A stretch of 64,000 nucleotides of DNA, taken from Parachlamydiales bacterium. Its GTDB lineage: Bacteria; Chlamydiota; Chlamydiia; Chlamydiales; Rhabdochlamydiaceae. Position 1 is the stretch's first letter; each line of letters begins with the position of its first letter. Location of the stretch: the NCBI GenBank assembly GCA_027459675.1, contig DAIDHO010000006.1, positions 1,509 to 65,508 of the forward strand, in the 5' to 3' direction. Shown piece after piece: positions 9,355 to 21,610 of the stretch. The position numbers were made by a program, and so were the translations under genes. The notes under the pieces were generated by a model, which was given only the letters and a program-made list of their open reading frames with translations, had not been told where the DNA came from and made no database searches.

Positions 9355-11352
9355 GGATGTTTCATACTGTCGCTGAATGATTCCGACTCCAAAATCCCGA
9401 TGATGTACAGTATCGCCTACTTGCAGCTCTCCAGCAGCTTTTCGAATGGGAGGGCGGAAGGAAAGCTCTTTTATATATTCTGAGGGAATTTCTGCCAAGA
9501 ATCGACTCGGTCGCATCGGACGTGAGCCCCCCCACAAGAAGCGGTAGCGTGCAGAGGTGAGGTAGAGATAAGCTTTAGCGCGTGTCATACCTACGTAACA
9601 CAGGCGCCGCTCTTCTTCAATCGCTGTTTCATTATCGAGACTATTCAAATGAGGAAAGAGCTCTTCTTCCATCCCGACGAGAAAGACGACCGAAAATTCA
9701 AGTCCTTTTCCATTGTGAAGCGTCATTAGCCTTACGCAATCGGTAAGAGTTTCTTGAGTATCCAAAGAGGTTTTTAAAGAGAGCTCTTCTAAAAAGTCGG
9801 CTAGCTTTCCTTGGGGGTTTTCTTGTTCCCATTCTGCTGCTTTGGTGATAAGTTCTGACAAGTTTTCTCGTCTTTCAGTCGCGGTTTCGGGGTCTTCTCG
9901 CAGATATTCTTCGTAGCGAGACCTTTCGATGGCTTCTGAGACAACGGTTTGAAGGGAGACTCTTTGCAGGACCATCTCTTTAAGAGAGAGCACAGTTGTG
10001 ACATAATCCCTTACACCTTCCATCTGCTTGGGAGAGAGCTTCAACTCGACTTTACGATCCACTCCTGCCACACAAAAATCAAAAAGCGACAGGTTTGCTA
10101 AAGAAGCTCCTTCTCGAATTTTCGCGATTGCTTTTTCTCCAAGACCTCTTTTAGGGATATTGAGGGTTCGAGAAAGTGCGATCAAATCACCCCCTGCAAG
10201 CGTCATCCGAAGAAGAGAGAGGATATCTTTAATTTCACGGCGTTGATAAAACGAGATACCTCCAATGATGGCATACGGAATTTTGAATTTAAGAAGTGTA
10301 TCTTCAAAAATCCTCGATTGGAAGTTTGTCCGGTAAAAGATTACACATTCTTGTAAAGGAAAGGTGGAGTGGTGTTGGATGAGAGTACGGGCAATAAATT
10401 CGGCTTCTTGACGGTCATTTTCAGCACTGTAAACTCCCACTTTTTCACCAGGCCCCAGCGTGCTCCAGAGATTTTTTTCATAGCGAGAGCAGTTATTTTG
10501 AATAAGGGCATTGGCCGCATTTAAAATCGTGGAAGGGCTGCGGTAATTTTGTTCGAGAGAGATGATAAGGGCACCTGGAAAATCTTTTTCAAAGTTCAAG
10601 ATATTGTCTACGTTGGCACCGCGCCAGGAGTAGATCGACTGATCGGGATCGCCTACAGCAAAGATATTTTGATGATTGCCTCCCAGAAGTTTTATCAGCA
10701 AGTGTTGAGCTTTATTGGTGTCTTGATACTCGTCAATCAAGATAAAAGACCACCTCTCTTGATAGATTTTTAAAACTTCCGGATGGGCTTGAAAAAGTAC
10801 GATCGGTAGATAGAGAAGATCATCAAAATCAACGGCTTCTGAGGTTTTAAGCTTATTTTGATACATCTCATAAACAGCTCCTAGAATCGGATCTTCTTGA
10901 CTCATTTCTTTAGGGGAAATGAGGCGATTTTTAGCGGAGGAGATAGCAAGTCGTGCAGTTTTTAAAAGCCCTTTTTCCTCATGCATGTTTAAAGAGAGAA
11001 GAGATTCTTTTAGAATTTTTTCGCTATCATCTTCATCATAAATTGCAAAATGATTAGAATACCCGAGAGAGTGGATCGATTCTCTTAAGATCTTGGCCCC
11101 TAAGCTATGAAATGTACAGGTTAAAACAAAATGATGAGACTCTCTTTCCACACGGCGCCGCATTTCGTCAGCGGCTTTATTTGTAAAGGTGACAGCTAAA
11201 ATTTCTGCAGAGGGAACTCCTACAGAGAGCAGGTGCGTGATGCGAAAAGTAACGACGCGTGTCTTTCCGGACCCTGCTCCTGCAATCACGAGGGCTGGTC
11301 CTTCCACATGATGAACTGCTTTCCATTGTTGCTCATTCAACTGATCGGACAT
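9250..11352 (-). CDS. uvrD: ATP-dependent DNA helicase UvrD/PcrA
   Basis: AGAGSGKT, DEYQDTN, VGDPDQSIYSWRGA, EQNYRS, TLHNGKGLEF, EEERRLCYVGMTRA. Confidence 0.96.
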   Translation of the reverse strand: MSDQLNEQQWKAVHHVEGPALVIAGAGSGKTRVVTFRITHLLSVGVPSAEILAVTFTNKAADEMRRRVERESHHFVLTCTFHSLGAKILRESIHSLGYSNHFAIYDEDDSEKILKESLLSLNMHEEKGLLKTARLAISSAKNRLISPKEMSQEDPILGAVYEMYQNKLKTSEAVDFDDLLYLPIVLFQAHPEVLKIYQERWSFILIDEYQDTNKAQHLLIKLLGGNHQNIFAVGDPDQSIYSWRGANVDNILNFEKDFPGALIISLEQNYRSPSTILNAANALIQNNCSRYEKNLWSTLGPGEKVGVYSAENDRQEAEFIARTLIQHHSTFPLQECVIFYRTNFQSRIFEDTLLKFKIPYAIIGGISFYQRREIKDILSLLRMTLAGGDLIALSRTLNIPKRGLGEKAIAKIREGASLANLSLFDFCVAGVDRKVELKLSPKQMEGVRDYVTTVLSLKEMVLQRVSLQTVVSEAIERSRYEEYLREDPETATERRENLSELITKAAEWEQENPQGKLADFLEELSLKTSLDTQETLTDCVRLMTLHNGKGLEFSVVFLVGMEEELFPHLNSLDNETAIEEERRLCYVGMTRAKAYLYLTSARYRFLWGGSRPMRPSRFLAEIPSEYIKELSFRPPIRKAAGELQVGDTVHHRDFGVGIIQRQYETSLGLTYDVFFSHSSRVHSLVAKYAKLVKSFEHAPD

Positions 11353-11410
11353 GTACTACCCGTTATGAAGTATACATGTTTTCTTTTATTAGGTCTCCTG
11401 AGAAACGGCC

Positions 11411-14400
11411 TCAAAGAATGGGTTTACGCATCTCTCCTTCGCGAGCTCCTAAGTTTCCATAACGATGATAGTGGTGAGAGAGGGCCACTTCTCGGAGGTA
11501 GTGGAGGAGTTCGAAGCGCCCACTTGCAAGGACAGGGGCAACGTCAAGGAAGGTAGCCGATTCAGCAGCAGTATGATGCCAGGTGTTACTTGCTGATGAT
11601 AGAAGGCGGACCCTCCGGAAAGCGCCGTGTTTGAGACGTTCAAGAAAATGAGCTTCTGTCTCCTCAACAAAGCGGAAGATGGGAATAAGTTTTTTCCATT
11701 CAGAAGAGATTTCGATGGGTGATTCACTTCGGCTCCAGCTTACTTGTAAAGGTGCCTGAACGGCAAGGGCTGCTGCGCACACCCGCAAAATATCAAAAGG
11801 AGAATCTTGAGTTTGAATTCTCAAACAAATGCCATGATAGGGATGGTATTGGAAGAAGTTGTCTTCCCCTACAACGCGGGAAGGATCGTGGTCTTGTTGA
11901 AATTTTTGGGCCCAAAAAGCGTAATTGGCAATACTGGCATGCCAAATGCCGAGTTGTTCGGTAGTAAGAGGAAGTTTTTCAATGAGTTTGGATAACTTTT
12001 CGATGGTGATAGGGACAGCTCCTTTTTCTCGGGGAAGCGCGATTTGGATGGGATGTGCAAATTGAGCAAGGTAATTGGGTCCGCCGGCTTTCGCATTCTG
12101 GCCGTAACTACTGCCTTTACATCCTCCAAAAGGTTGTCTTCGGACAATGGCTCCTGTGATCCCCCGATTGATATAGAGATTCCCTGCTTCAATTTGGGAA
12201 AGCCATAAGCGGTGCTCCCGGGCATCTAGACTTTGAAGACCTGATGTCAGTCCATACTGTGTGCCGTTCACGATTTGGATGGCATGTTCAAGATTTCGGG
12301 CACGGATCACAGCTAGTACAGGTCCGAAAAGCTCTGTTTGATGCATGAAGGATCCTTCTTTAACCCCCCATTTTACGCCGGGTGACCACAGTTGAGGGTT
12401 TTTGGGATGTGGCTTCGGTTTTACAAGCCATTCTTCCCCGGGTTCAAGTGTCGTGAGTCCTCTATAAAGATCCCCTTCAGGTTCTCGGATGAGGGGTGTC
12501 ACTTTTGAAGAAGGATCCCAGGCCATGCCGACGGTTAAACTTTCGACAGCATCTTTGAGATGCTTGCGGAAAGAAGGATTATCGTACACTTCAGCTTCTA
12601 AAATCGCTAAACTGGCAGCACTACATTTTTGTCCTGCATGTCCGAAGGTGGACTGGACAAGATTTTTTATTGCCAGATCCCGATCGGAAAGGGCTGTGAT
12701 GATGAGGCCGTTTTTGCCGCCCGTTTCAGCTGTGAGGTCTAGACCCGGCCGCATTTTCAAGAAAAGACGTGCCGTCGATGTCGACCCTGTAAGGATCACT
12801 CCATTTAAGCGCGTATCTTTGATCAAGTGGCTCCCTACAGGATCGTCCTGGCAATTGATAAATTGGAGAGCTTCTTTAGGAATCCCTGCATCCCAGAGAG
12901 CATTGACAAGGATCCATCCCGATAAAACAGCCTCGGGAGCGGGTTTAAAAATGACACAATTGCCGATAATAAGAGCTCCCAGGATACTTCCGGCAGGAAT
13001 GGAAATGGGAAAATTCCAAGGAGATGCAACCAGATAGGTTCCTTTGGGTTTCCAATCTAGGTCATGGCACGCTGCCATGGTTTTCATACTCCGAAGATAG
13101 TATTCAGCAAAATCGATAGCCTCCGAAACTTCAGGATCTGCTTCCTGTACCGTTTTTCCTCCATCTGCAATCATAACTCCAATGAGATCTGCCCGTCTTT
13201 CGCGTAAGACATAGGCGACCTTTGCTAAGATTTTACATCGATGCTCTAGGGAGGTAGAGGCCCACTGCTTTTCATATGCTTTTGCGGTTTTGAGTGCTTC
13301 GTCGATTTGAGGGATCTCAGCTAAGCTATAGCGATAAAGGAGAATGTCAGGTCTGGAAGGATCTTTCCCTACTCCACGGGGGTCTTTCTCCTGATAGGCC
13401 TTTCCCCCAATAATGCAAGGAATAGGATCGAATTTCTTCTCTTTCCATGTTCGAAATATTTCATCTACCCATGCTCGGTTTTGAGGAAGTGAATAATCGG
13501 TGTCAGGCTCATTTTCAAACACCTCATCGGGATCAAGCGAGTGCGGAGCTTCAAAACGGTTTTGATGCCTGCGAGGTCCTAAGGGAACGGACGAGATTTG
13601 ATCGCAAGATTCAGCAAAGAACTGCACTTGGTGTTCCCATTCAACCGTCTGTGTTTTAAGTCCAAACGTGTGACGAAGAAAGTTTTCAGGTCCTGTATTT
13701 TCATCCAGCCTTCGAATGAGATAGGCAATAGCACTTTGAAAATCGGATTTGGTAGCTACAGGACAATAGAGCAATATATCCTTTGAAAGTTTTTGAACCA
13801 CCCGACGGATGTGGTCTGCCATACCTTCGAGCATTTCAAAGGAGATTTCTTTTTCAACTCCATATTCAGCCCGTAGTAATAAAGCGTAGGCGATATCAAA
13901 AAGATTATGGCTTGCGACTCCGATGTGACTGGCTTTTGCATGCTCAGGAAGACAGCCATAGGTCAACATCCTTTTATAATTGGCATCCACCTCTATTTTG
14001 CGATGGTAAGGAGCTTGAGGCCACCCTTTGGACGAGGCTTCATGCTTTTCCATCGCAAGGTTAGCTCCTTTGACCAAACGGATCTTAATGGGAGCTCCCT
14101 TGTTTTTTACGCGTTCGACTGCCCACGCCGTCAGCTCTTTTTGATATTCATGGGCATCTGGAAGATAGGCCTGCAGGACGATTCCAGCTGAAAAATCGTG
14201 AAACTCCGCTTCACTGAGAACCTTTTTGAAAAGATGGACGGTGAGTTGAAGGTCAGCGTACTCTTCCATATCGAGGTTGACGAATTTAGGAACGCGGCTT
14301 CCATCTGCTCGTAAAAACAGGTGTGACTTGGCTGTCCGATAAAGCTGACGGAGTCGATCAGCTATCATTTCCACACTCTTTTCCCAACCGATGAGATTGA

Positions 14401-15037
14401 TCTGAGAGTAAATCGTCGAAATTTTGATCGATACATATTCGATATTCTCTTGCGTAAGATCATCCAGATAAACTCGCAGGCGCTGAAGGGCCTCTTCTTC
14501 CCCTAAAATTGCTTCTCCTAAATGATTGATGTTAAGGCGAACCCCTTGAGCTCTCCGTTTTTTCATATGTTGAGCAAGAGGTTGTTTTTCACCGGGTAAA
14601 ATCACTGACCGAGTCGCGTGTCTGAGGTTAGAGGTGGCCAAGGGGACAAGGAGCGGCGCTAGAAGCTTTCCCACTCGTGCAAAAAGAGCCAATGAAAGTC
14701 GTTTAGTCCAACTTAAATAGCGGGGGACTCCAAATTGATTGAGCAAGTAGACAAGCTGATTTGCAACACGCGAGGAGGAATGGGACCGAAAACACTCATC
14801 TGTCATTTGCATCGTAAAGACTTTTCCTCGAGGATCTGTCATCATACGGGCAAGTTCAGCTTGTCTTCTTTTTTCAGAGGGAGTTTGGATACGAAGGGCT
14901 TCCTCCAGCATATGGGCAGCCAGTTCCACAGCTTGTTTCTGGCGCTGGCCTCCGGTCATGATTTTACCACGAGCCGCATCGATAATTTCCAAAGCTTCTT
15001 GAATATGAAAAGAAGGGGGGACATTTTTTTTGTTCAT
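11411..15037 (-). CDS. putA: Bifunctional proline dehydrogenase / P5C dehydrogenase
   Basis: NLDMEEY, IRLVKGANL, FEMLEGMA, RRLDEN; aldehyde dehydrogenase motifs PWNFP, ETGGKN, GQKCSA, ELFGPV. Confidence 0.95.
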   Translation of the reverse strand: MNKKNVPPSFHIQEALEIIDAARGKIMTGGQRQKQAVELAAHMLEEALRIQTPSEKRRQAELARMMTDPRGKVFTMQMTDECFRSHSSSRVANQLVYLLNQFGVPRYLSWTKRLSLALFARVGKLLAPLLVPLATSNLRHATRSVILPGEKQPLAQHMKKRRAQGVRLNINHLGEAILGEEEALQRLRVYLDDLTQENIEYVSIKISTIYSQINLIGWEKSVEMIADRLRQLYRTAKSHLFLRADGSRVPKFVNLDMEEYADLQLTVHLFKKVLSEAEFHDFSAGIVLQAYLPDAHEYQKELTAWAVERVKNKGAPIKIRLVKGANLAMEKHEASSKGWPQAPYHRKIEVDANYKRMLTYGCLPEHAKASHIGVASHNLFDIAYALLLRAEYGVEKEISFEMLEGMADHIRRVVQKLSKDILLYCPVATKSDFQSAIAYLIRRLDENTGPENFLRHTFGLKTQTVEWEHQVQFFAESCDQISSVPLGPRRHQNRFEAPHSLDPDEVFENEPDTDYSLPQNRAWVDEIFRTWKEKKFDPIPCIIGGKAYQEKDPRGVGKDPSRPDILLYRYSLAEIPQIDEALKTAKAYEKQWASTSLEHRCKILAKVAYVLRERRADLIGVMIADGGKTVQEADPEVSEAIDFAEYYLRSMKTMAACHDLDWKPKGTYLVASPWNFPISIPAGSILGALIIGNCVIFKPAPEAVLSGWILVNALWDAGIPKEALQFINCQDDPVGSHLIKDTRLNGVILTGSTSTARLFLKMRPGLDLTAETGGKNGLIITALSDRDLAIKNLVQSTFGHAGQKCSAASLAILEAEVYDNPSFRKHLKDAVESLTVGMAWDPSSKVTPLIREPEGDLYRGLTTLEPGEEWLVKPKPHPKNPQLWSPGVKWGVKEGSFMHQTELFGPVLAVIRARNLEHAIQIVNGTQYGLTSGLQSLDAREHRLWLSQIEAGNLYINRGITGAIVRRQPFGGCKGSSYGQNAKAGGPNYLAQFAHPIQIALPREKGAVPITIEKLSKLIEKLPLTTEQLGIWHASIANYAFWAQKFQQDHDPSRVVGEDNFFQYHPYHGICLRIQTQDSPFDILRVCAAALAVQAPLQVSWSRSESPIEISSEWKKLIPIFRFVEETEAHFLERLKHGAFRRVRLLSSASNTWHHTAAESATFLDVAPVLASGRFELLHYLREVALSHHYHRYGNLGAREGEMRKPIL

Positions 15038-15113
15038 ATTTTTTTAATAGCAAAAAGGGGTGTTATGACAAATATTTTTTTTTATTGATGACCAAATTTA
15101 TTTTCATCATTAA

Positions 15114-16778
<1,665 letters not shown>

Positions 16779-16840
16779 TGGGGGCCTCGACAAAGTAAAG
16801 CTTGTCCAAAATGGGTCACTTACCCAAAATAATCGGTTTT

Positions 16841-16914
16841 GCACCGGTAGCTCAGTTGGATAGAGTACATGGCTACGAACCATGAGGTCAGAGGTTCGAA
16901 TCCTCTCCGGTGCG
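16841..16914 (+). tRNA. tRNA-Arg(ACG)
   Basis: Cloverleaf GCACCGG...CCGGTGC; anticodon arm CATGG-CTACGAA-CCATG; T-loop GTTCGAATC; CCA not encoded. Confidence 0.96.
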
Positions 16915-16927
16915 AGTTTCTATCGAC

Positions 16928-16955
16928 TAGACCTCTTGCTTAAGCTAAAGGCCTA
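16928..16955. repeat. 28-bp quasi-palindrome family copy
   Basis: TAGACCTCTTGCTTAAGCTAAAGGCCTA. Confidence 0.9.
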
Positions 16956-16961
16956 CTAGCT

Positions 16962-17567
16962 ATGATCATTAAAACGTTTACTTGTGGCCCCCTTGGAACC
17001 CATTGTTATCTTGTCGGGTGTCCTGCCTCAAACGACGCTGCTGTTATCGACGCTCCTCAAGGAGTAACCTTCAAGCTCCTTAAACACAAAGAATGGAAGA
17101 TTAAAATGATATTTATCACCCATTCTCACTGGGATCATATTGTAGACGCTGCAAAGCTAAAAGAAGCATTCCACATTCCTCTTTACATCCATTCCGCTGA
17201 TGAAGAAAATTTAAAATATCCTGGAGCCGACCAACTGCCTCTCTTTTTTCCTATTCAGCCAGCAGAGGCCGATGGATATTTAAAAGAGGGGGAGGAATTT
17301 CATATTGGAGAGCTAAATCTAAAAGTGATTGAATCTCCTGGACACTCTCCAGGAAGCGTATGTCTTTGGTTTCCCCAAGAAAAAGTCTTGTTTTCTGGAG
17401 ACACTTTATTTCAAGGTTCCATGGGAAGAATTGATTTCCCAACCTCCTCTCCCCCAGAGATGCAAAAATCTCTAAAAAAACTCAGCCAGCTCCCCCCAGA
17501 TACAAAAGTCTATCCAGGGCATGGCCTGTCGACTACCCTCGCCGCCGAAGCATGGCTCTCTCATTAA
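16962..17567 (+). CDS. MBL-fold metallo-hydrolase (glyoxalase II-like)
   Basis: THSHWDH, PGHSPG, FSGDTLF, YPGHG. Confidence 0.92.
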   Translation: MIIKTFTCGPLGTHCYLVGCPASNDAAVIDAPQGVTFKLLKHKEWKIKMIFITHSHWDHIVDAAKLKEAFHIPLYIHSADEENLKYPGADQLPLFFPIQPAEADGYLKEGEEFHIGELNLKVIESPGHSPGSVCLWFPQEKVLFSGDTLFQGSMGRIDFPTSSPPEMQKSLKKLSQLPPDTKVYPGHGLSTTLAAEAWLSH

Positions 17568-17638
17568 AGAGGGATAACTTCCTCGTTTTTCATAGGGTGG
17601 TTTAAATTTCAATCCCTCTAAAGGGGATCTATGGCCTT

Positions 17639-18031
17639 TCAAAATGAGGCGCATGTCAAATAATCATAGAGATCTTTGGGGGAGATAAGAAGCAGACATT
17701 GATGTTGAAGGCAGATAGAGGTTGCTTGTTGGAGGAGTTCTTGATCCCCCACCCCCGGCATACAGACACCCGAAAGATGGGAATGGAGCGGGGTTTTTTG
17801 GAGCCATTTAAGGCCCAGTGCATAGTCTCCGTAGCTGCACCCTTCTTCAGCAACGCGAAAATAGATAAGGGGTTGTTGAAAGAGAAGGACTTGGATAGCA
17901 TAGCTCATGCCTTCACTCTCAGGAGGAGGATGGCCGAGTTGGTTCAGCAGTTCTTCGAGCGAGTATAGAGAAATAGGTCGACGGGCAGCTCCTTTTTGAG
18001 CGGCTCCGAAAATAAAAATCGTTCCTTTCAT
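17639..18031 (-). CDS. Chlamydial conserved hypothetical protein
   Basis: Clean ORF with ATG and SD; YFRVAEEG, CMPGVGD and DLYDYLT motifs resemble a conserved chlamydial family. Confidence 0.65.
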   Translation of the reverse strand: MKGTIFIFGAAQKGAARRPISLYSLEELLNQLGHPPPESEGMSYAIQVLLFQQPLIYFRVAEEGCSYGDYALGLKWLQKTPLHSHLSGVCMPGVGDQELLQQATSICLQHQCLLLISPKDLYDYLTCASF

Positions 18032-18119
18032 ACCCTCTTAAAAACAGATATAAAAATTATTTTAAAGTTTATTTTGAATTAGGATTTTGTGTATCACCTT
18101 AAGACAAGAGGAGTCGTAT

Positions 18120-19625
18120 ATGCGGATTTTTTGGGCCATTTTTTTAGTGAGATTTGTTTCTCTTTCAGCGGTAGATATTCCATTGGATGGGCAATTAAAA
18201 AGCTTTTCGCTCAAAAAAGGGATTGAGCTCTGGCTCAAAGAGCATCTGACAGATCCTAGGCTGGGTAAAGGGGGGGTTGCGTGTCGTTATGTAGGGCAAG
18301 ACCCTATCCAAGGGAAACCGCAAATTTTTGATTTAGACTGTTCTGCCGATGCTTTTGAGGAGGAATTTCCTAGTTTTTTAGATTATTGCGATGAAGAGAT
18401 CCAAAGAAAAGGAGGAGCTTCTCTGGGGATTGTAGCTGTGGGAACGGTCGACCCGGAAGGTCTTTATCAATACCTTTCCCATCGATACGACCAAAGCGAA
18501 ATGGGAAATGCAATTAGTGAAGAAGCGATTCAACTCATTCCCCATAACGTCTCTCATGAAACAGAGGTATTGCTGAGCTATCCGATAAACTTGCTGCCTG
18601 TACAATCTCAGGAGGATTTAAAAAAGTTGTGGGTTTTTTATCTGGTGCAGTCGATGGCGGAAAATCGATTTAAGAAAGCTTCAGTGGCGGCCGAAGGAAA
18701 ATGGGTTTCCCCGGATGAAGTAAAATCTCTCCTCCCTTTTTCGATCACCGTGGGTCATGGAGTTGAAAAAATGCAGACAGGCGAAGATTTTCAAGGAAAG
18801 CTTTTAAAGAGCTTTTTATCTGCTATTCAAATCCTCAAAGCGGGAGGATTTACAGAGAATGAACTCGCAGACTCCAAGTCGCAACTTCTCAAGCATTTGA
18901 AGCAATTTTATGAGCCCAACCCGAGTGAGAAAACGCTCGCTGATTACTACGCCTCTCACCTGGCTGCTTCCCTTCCATGTACCGATTATTCGACGTTTAT
19001 GCAGCTATCGTTTCATACAATTCCGGAGATCGGCATGGACGATATTGCCGAGATGCTGAACGCTTCTTTTAAAGATGATACGCGCCAAGTTATCATCCGT
19101 TATCCCAAGGGAATACAGCTTTCTCGAGACCACATCCAAACTATGCTCATTCAATTTCAAAGTGATGATATCGAGTGTAAATACGAAACAGATAAAATTA
19201 TTATCGTGGAAGGAAAGGATCCTTTCTCTCAACTTCCTATCACCAACGAGGAACAAAAGATGATCCGGGGAGTCCTCCAAACTGTAGCTGAAACCAATCC
19301 GATTAAGCTCGGCTTTATGGCATCTGAACTGGAGAAAAAGAGTGAGGAACTTCTCCATATTCACCCTTTGCGTTCTATGGCAACCCTACTCACAGATCCT
19401 TATACCAAGCAATGCCTGGCCGAAGTGGCAGATAGTTTCTTTAAATGGAGGAGCTTTATCAATAAATACACCAAACGGCTCCATCAAGAAGCAGAGCGAG
19501 GAAACCTCCTGATGCATATCCCGGGATTTTGTATTGCAGTCAAAGCCAATCCCGAAATCGTTCGGGCCTACATTCATAACAAGGAGTACGAAAAATTGGT
19601 TAAGTACTTAATCAAACTTAACTAG
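18120..19625 (+). CDS. Secreted hypothetical protein; degenerate M16/PqqL-like segment plus chlamydial C-terminal domain
   Basis: SD GAGGAG before ATG 18120; signal peptide; GGFTENELADSKSQLL resembles PqqL; no HxxEH motif. Confidence 0.55.
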   Translation: MRIFWAIFLVRFVSLSAVDIPLDGQLKSFSLKKGIELWLKEHLTDPRLGKGGVACRYVGQDPIQGKPQIFDLDCSADAFEEEFPSFLDYCDEEIQRKGGASLGIVAVGTVDPEGLYQYLSHRYDQSEMGNAISEEAIQLIPHNVSHETEVLLSYPINLLPVQSQEDLKKLWVFYLVQSMAENRFKKASVAAEGKWVSPDEVKSLLPFSITVGHGVEKMQTGEDFQGKLLKSFLSAIQILKAGGFTENELADSKSQLLKHLKQFYEPNPSEKTLADYYASHLAASLPCTDYSTFMQLSFHTIPEIGMDDIAEMLNASFKDDTRQVIIRYPKGIQLSRDHIQTMLIQFQSDDIECKYETDKIIIVEGKDPFSQLPITNEEQKMIRGVLQTVAETNPIKLGFMASELEKKSEELLHIHPLRSMATLLTDPYTKQCLAEVADSFFKWRSFINKYTKRLHQEAERGNLLMHIPGFCIAVKANPEIVRAYIHNKEYEKLVKYLIKLN

Positions 19626-19638
19626 TATTAGACTTCTA

Positions 19639-21501
19639 CTAATGATTTAAAATGAATGATTCTAAAAGAGCTCGAAAATTGTCTTGGAAAGAAGAAGTTT
19701 CTAAAGGGCGGTCGAAAGCATCTTTTCTGGAAACAATTTCAAGAGCCTTCGATTCATAGATATCATTTCTTTTGTCAAAGCGACTGATAATCGTTTCTTT
19801 GTCAGTTGTGATGAGAAACTCATACGGAGTCCGGCTGGCGTTGAATCGGGTCGAAATCGCAAAAGGTTTTTTGCGAGGTCTTAAAATCGATTCTCCATCA
19901 AACCATTGAGAAGGAATTTCCCCAAAGACGTGGTCGATAAGAGTGGGAAAAATATCCAGATGTGAAGTCACGGGAGAAGAAAAGGGTTTAGAAGGTAAGC
20001 GGTAATAGAGGGGGACGCTTGTTTGGGCTCGATTGAGGTTAGAGGCATGAAAGATCCGCCCCTCTTCGAAAAATTCTTCCCCATGGTCACTCGTAAAAAC
20101 CACGACAGCTTCCTTTTGCTTAGGGTGAGAACGCAGTGTGTTTAGGAAACGATGAAATTGGTAGTCGATATGGTGGATGGCATGCCGGTATCGATTTTTA
20201 ATTCCTTCGAGGCCTTCTTTTGAGTAGGTGATCTTGATGTAATCGATAGCCTTGGTAAAAGGTCGAGAGGGAAGTACGAGATCCGAAGGCCAGCTATAGT
20301 CAAAATGGGTACCTTCAAAAAAGATAATAAAAAGATGGCCTTCTAAAGCCTTTTCCATTTTTTTGAGAAGGGTATCCATGCATTTTGCATCGTAAATATG
20401 ACTTTCATCGACATTCTGTTCAGAAAAAACCTGAAAATCATCGACGAGGGCTCGTCCTTTTCCAAATAGAATTTGATCCATTTTGTAAAAGACAAGGCGG
20501 GAAGCTGAAAGGACGTGGATTTGATAACCCGCCTTTTTAAGAAGGTGAAGAGGAAGACTGCCTAAAGACCACTTTTGAGGCTGTCGATCTCCCCATGAGA
20601 AGGGATAAACGCTGTGAAAAATGGAAAACCAAGAAAGATGGGTTGCATTCGCTGCAGAGGCAGTGCAAGGGAATGAAATGTGGTCTTTTTTAAATTGAGA
20701 AAGAGTAGGAGCTACCTCTGGGGTGATGAAATCCTCTCGAATGCTTTCAGCTACAAACAGATAAATATTGGGTTTTTTGAGAGCGGGGGTCGTGAAATTT
20801 TGTAGATTTTTCTGATACCACTCTTCGGGCGGTTTGCGGATAAGCGGTTTTGGAAGAGTACACTTAGGATAAGAAGAAGGAAGCAGGGTGGTCTTCCAGG
20901 GCAGTGTTTTTAAAAAGTGCCCATCGGCTGGGGCTGCAGCAAGGGTGGAAACTTGATAATCAAAAAATGAAAGGCCTCCCATCACAGAAAAAGTGAAAAG
21001 GAATGCAGAGGAATAAGAAAAATAAAAGGGTTTTCGTGCAGAAAATTTATCGGTGAGAAAAAACAAAAAGAGCCCCATGAAAGCAGTAAGACATATCCCC
21101 CCCCACAGTAAAAGCCATGTTGTCAATTCGATATGACTGGCTTTAAGCATCTCTATGAAATTATCGAAACTTTCGGCAAAGATGATGCTGAACCCATACC
21201 AGATCGAGATGTCCATGATCCGGATGAGAGGAAAATCGATGAGATGGATTAAAAAGAGGAGAAAGGTGCCGACAATGAAAAGCACTTTAGCAAAGGCTGG
21301 TAATTTTTCTGACACCCACGCGCCTAGAAGGATGAGGGCCCCTATTTCAAAAAGACACTCCCCTATGGAATAGGTGATGTAAAAAAGGCGATTGAGGATT
21401 GTCCCTTTTTCGATGAGAGTCACATGGAAAATGTGAAGAAGTGCAAGAAGTACAAAAAGAGTCCCAAAATAGAAGTAGTTTAGCCTATGGCGACGCTGCA
21501 T
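19639..21501 (-). CDS. Membrane sulfatase-like protein (YejM/PbgA, LTA-synthase superfamily)
   Basis: About five N-terminal TMs; KPNIYLFVAESIR; THFDY; FTSDHGEEF; TSHLDIFPT. Confidence 0.85.
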   Translation of the reverse strand: MQRRHRLNYFYFGTLFVLLALLHIFHVTLIEKGTILNRLFYITYSIGECLFEIGALILLGAWVSEKLPAFAKVLFIVGTFLLFLIHLIDFPLIRIMDISIWYGFSIIFAESFDNFIEMLKASHIELTTWLLLWGGICLTAFMGLFLFFLTDKFSARKPFYFSYSSAFLFTFSVMGGLSFFDYQVSTLAAAPADGHFLKTLPWKTTLLPSSYPKCTLPKPLIRKPPEEWYQKNLQNFTTPALKKPNIYLFVAESIREDFITPEVAPTLSQFKKDHISFPCTASAANATHLSWFSIFHSVYPFSWGDRQPQKWSLGSLPLHLLKKAGYQIHVLSASRLVFYKMDQILFGKGRALVDDFQVFSEQNVDESHIYDAKCMDTLLKKMEKALEGHLFIIFFEGTHFDYSWPSDLVLPSRPFTKAIDYIKITYSKEGLEGIKNRYRHAIHHIDYQFHRFLNTLRSHPKQKEAVVVFTSDHGEEFFEEGRIFHASNLNRAQTSVPLYYRLPSKPFSSPVTSHLDIFPTLIDHVFGEIPSQWFDGESILRPRKKPFAISTRFNASRTPYEFLITTDKETIISRFDKRNDIYESKALEIVSRKDAFDRPLETSSFQDNFRALLESFILNH

Positions 21502-21610
21502 GTTTTTCTTATACCAAAGGGAAGAAATAAATACCTCTGGAAGCGTATCAAACCATTGCTCAATAAATTTTACCTGACTTCTGATTCAAAACTAGTTTAA
21601 AGCTATGATA

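Noticed and set aside
12489-13037. 182-aa antisense ORF within putA and similar long antisense ORFs in groEL, eno, mnmG and ntt
   Set aside because: Fully antisense to conserved genes with no motifs; expected from codon bias.
16841-16955. tRNA-Arg (and tRNA-Ser at 57543) as integration sites of a prophage or island
   Set aside because: No integrase, no duplicated tRNA 3' end and no phage genes seen; flanking genes are ordinary.
17567-17632. Possible small inverted-repeat element (AGAGGGAT...ATCCCTCT) between convergent genes
   Set aside because: Only an 8-bp match and no second copy seen in the window.
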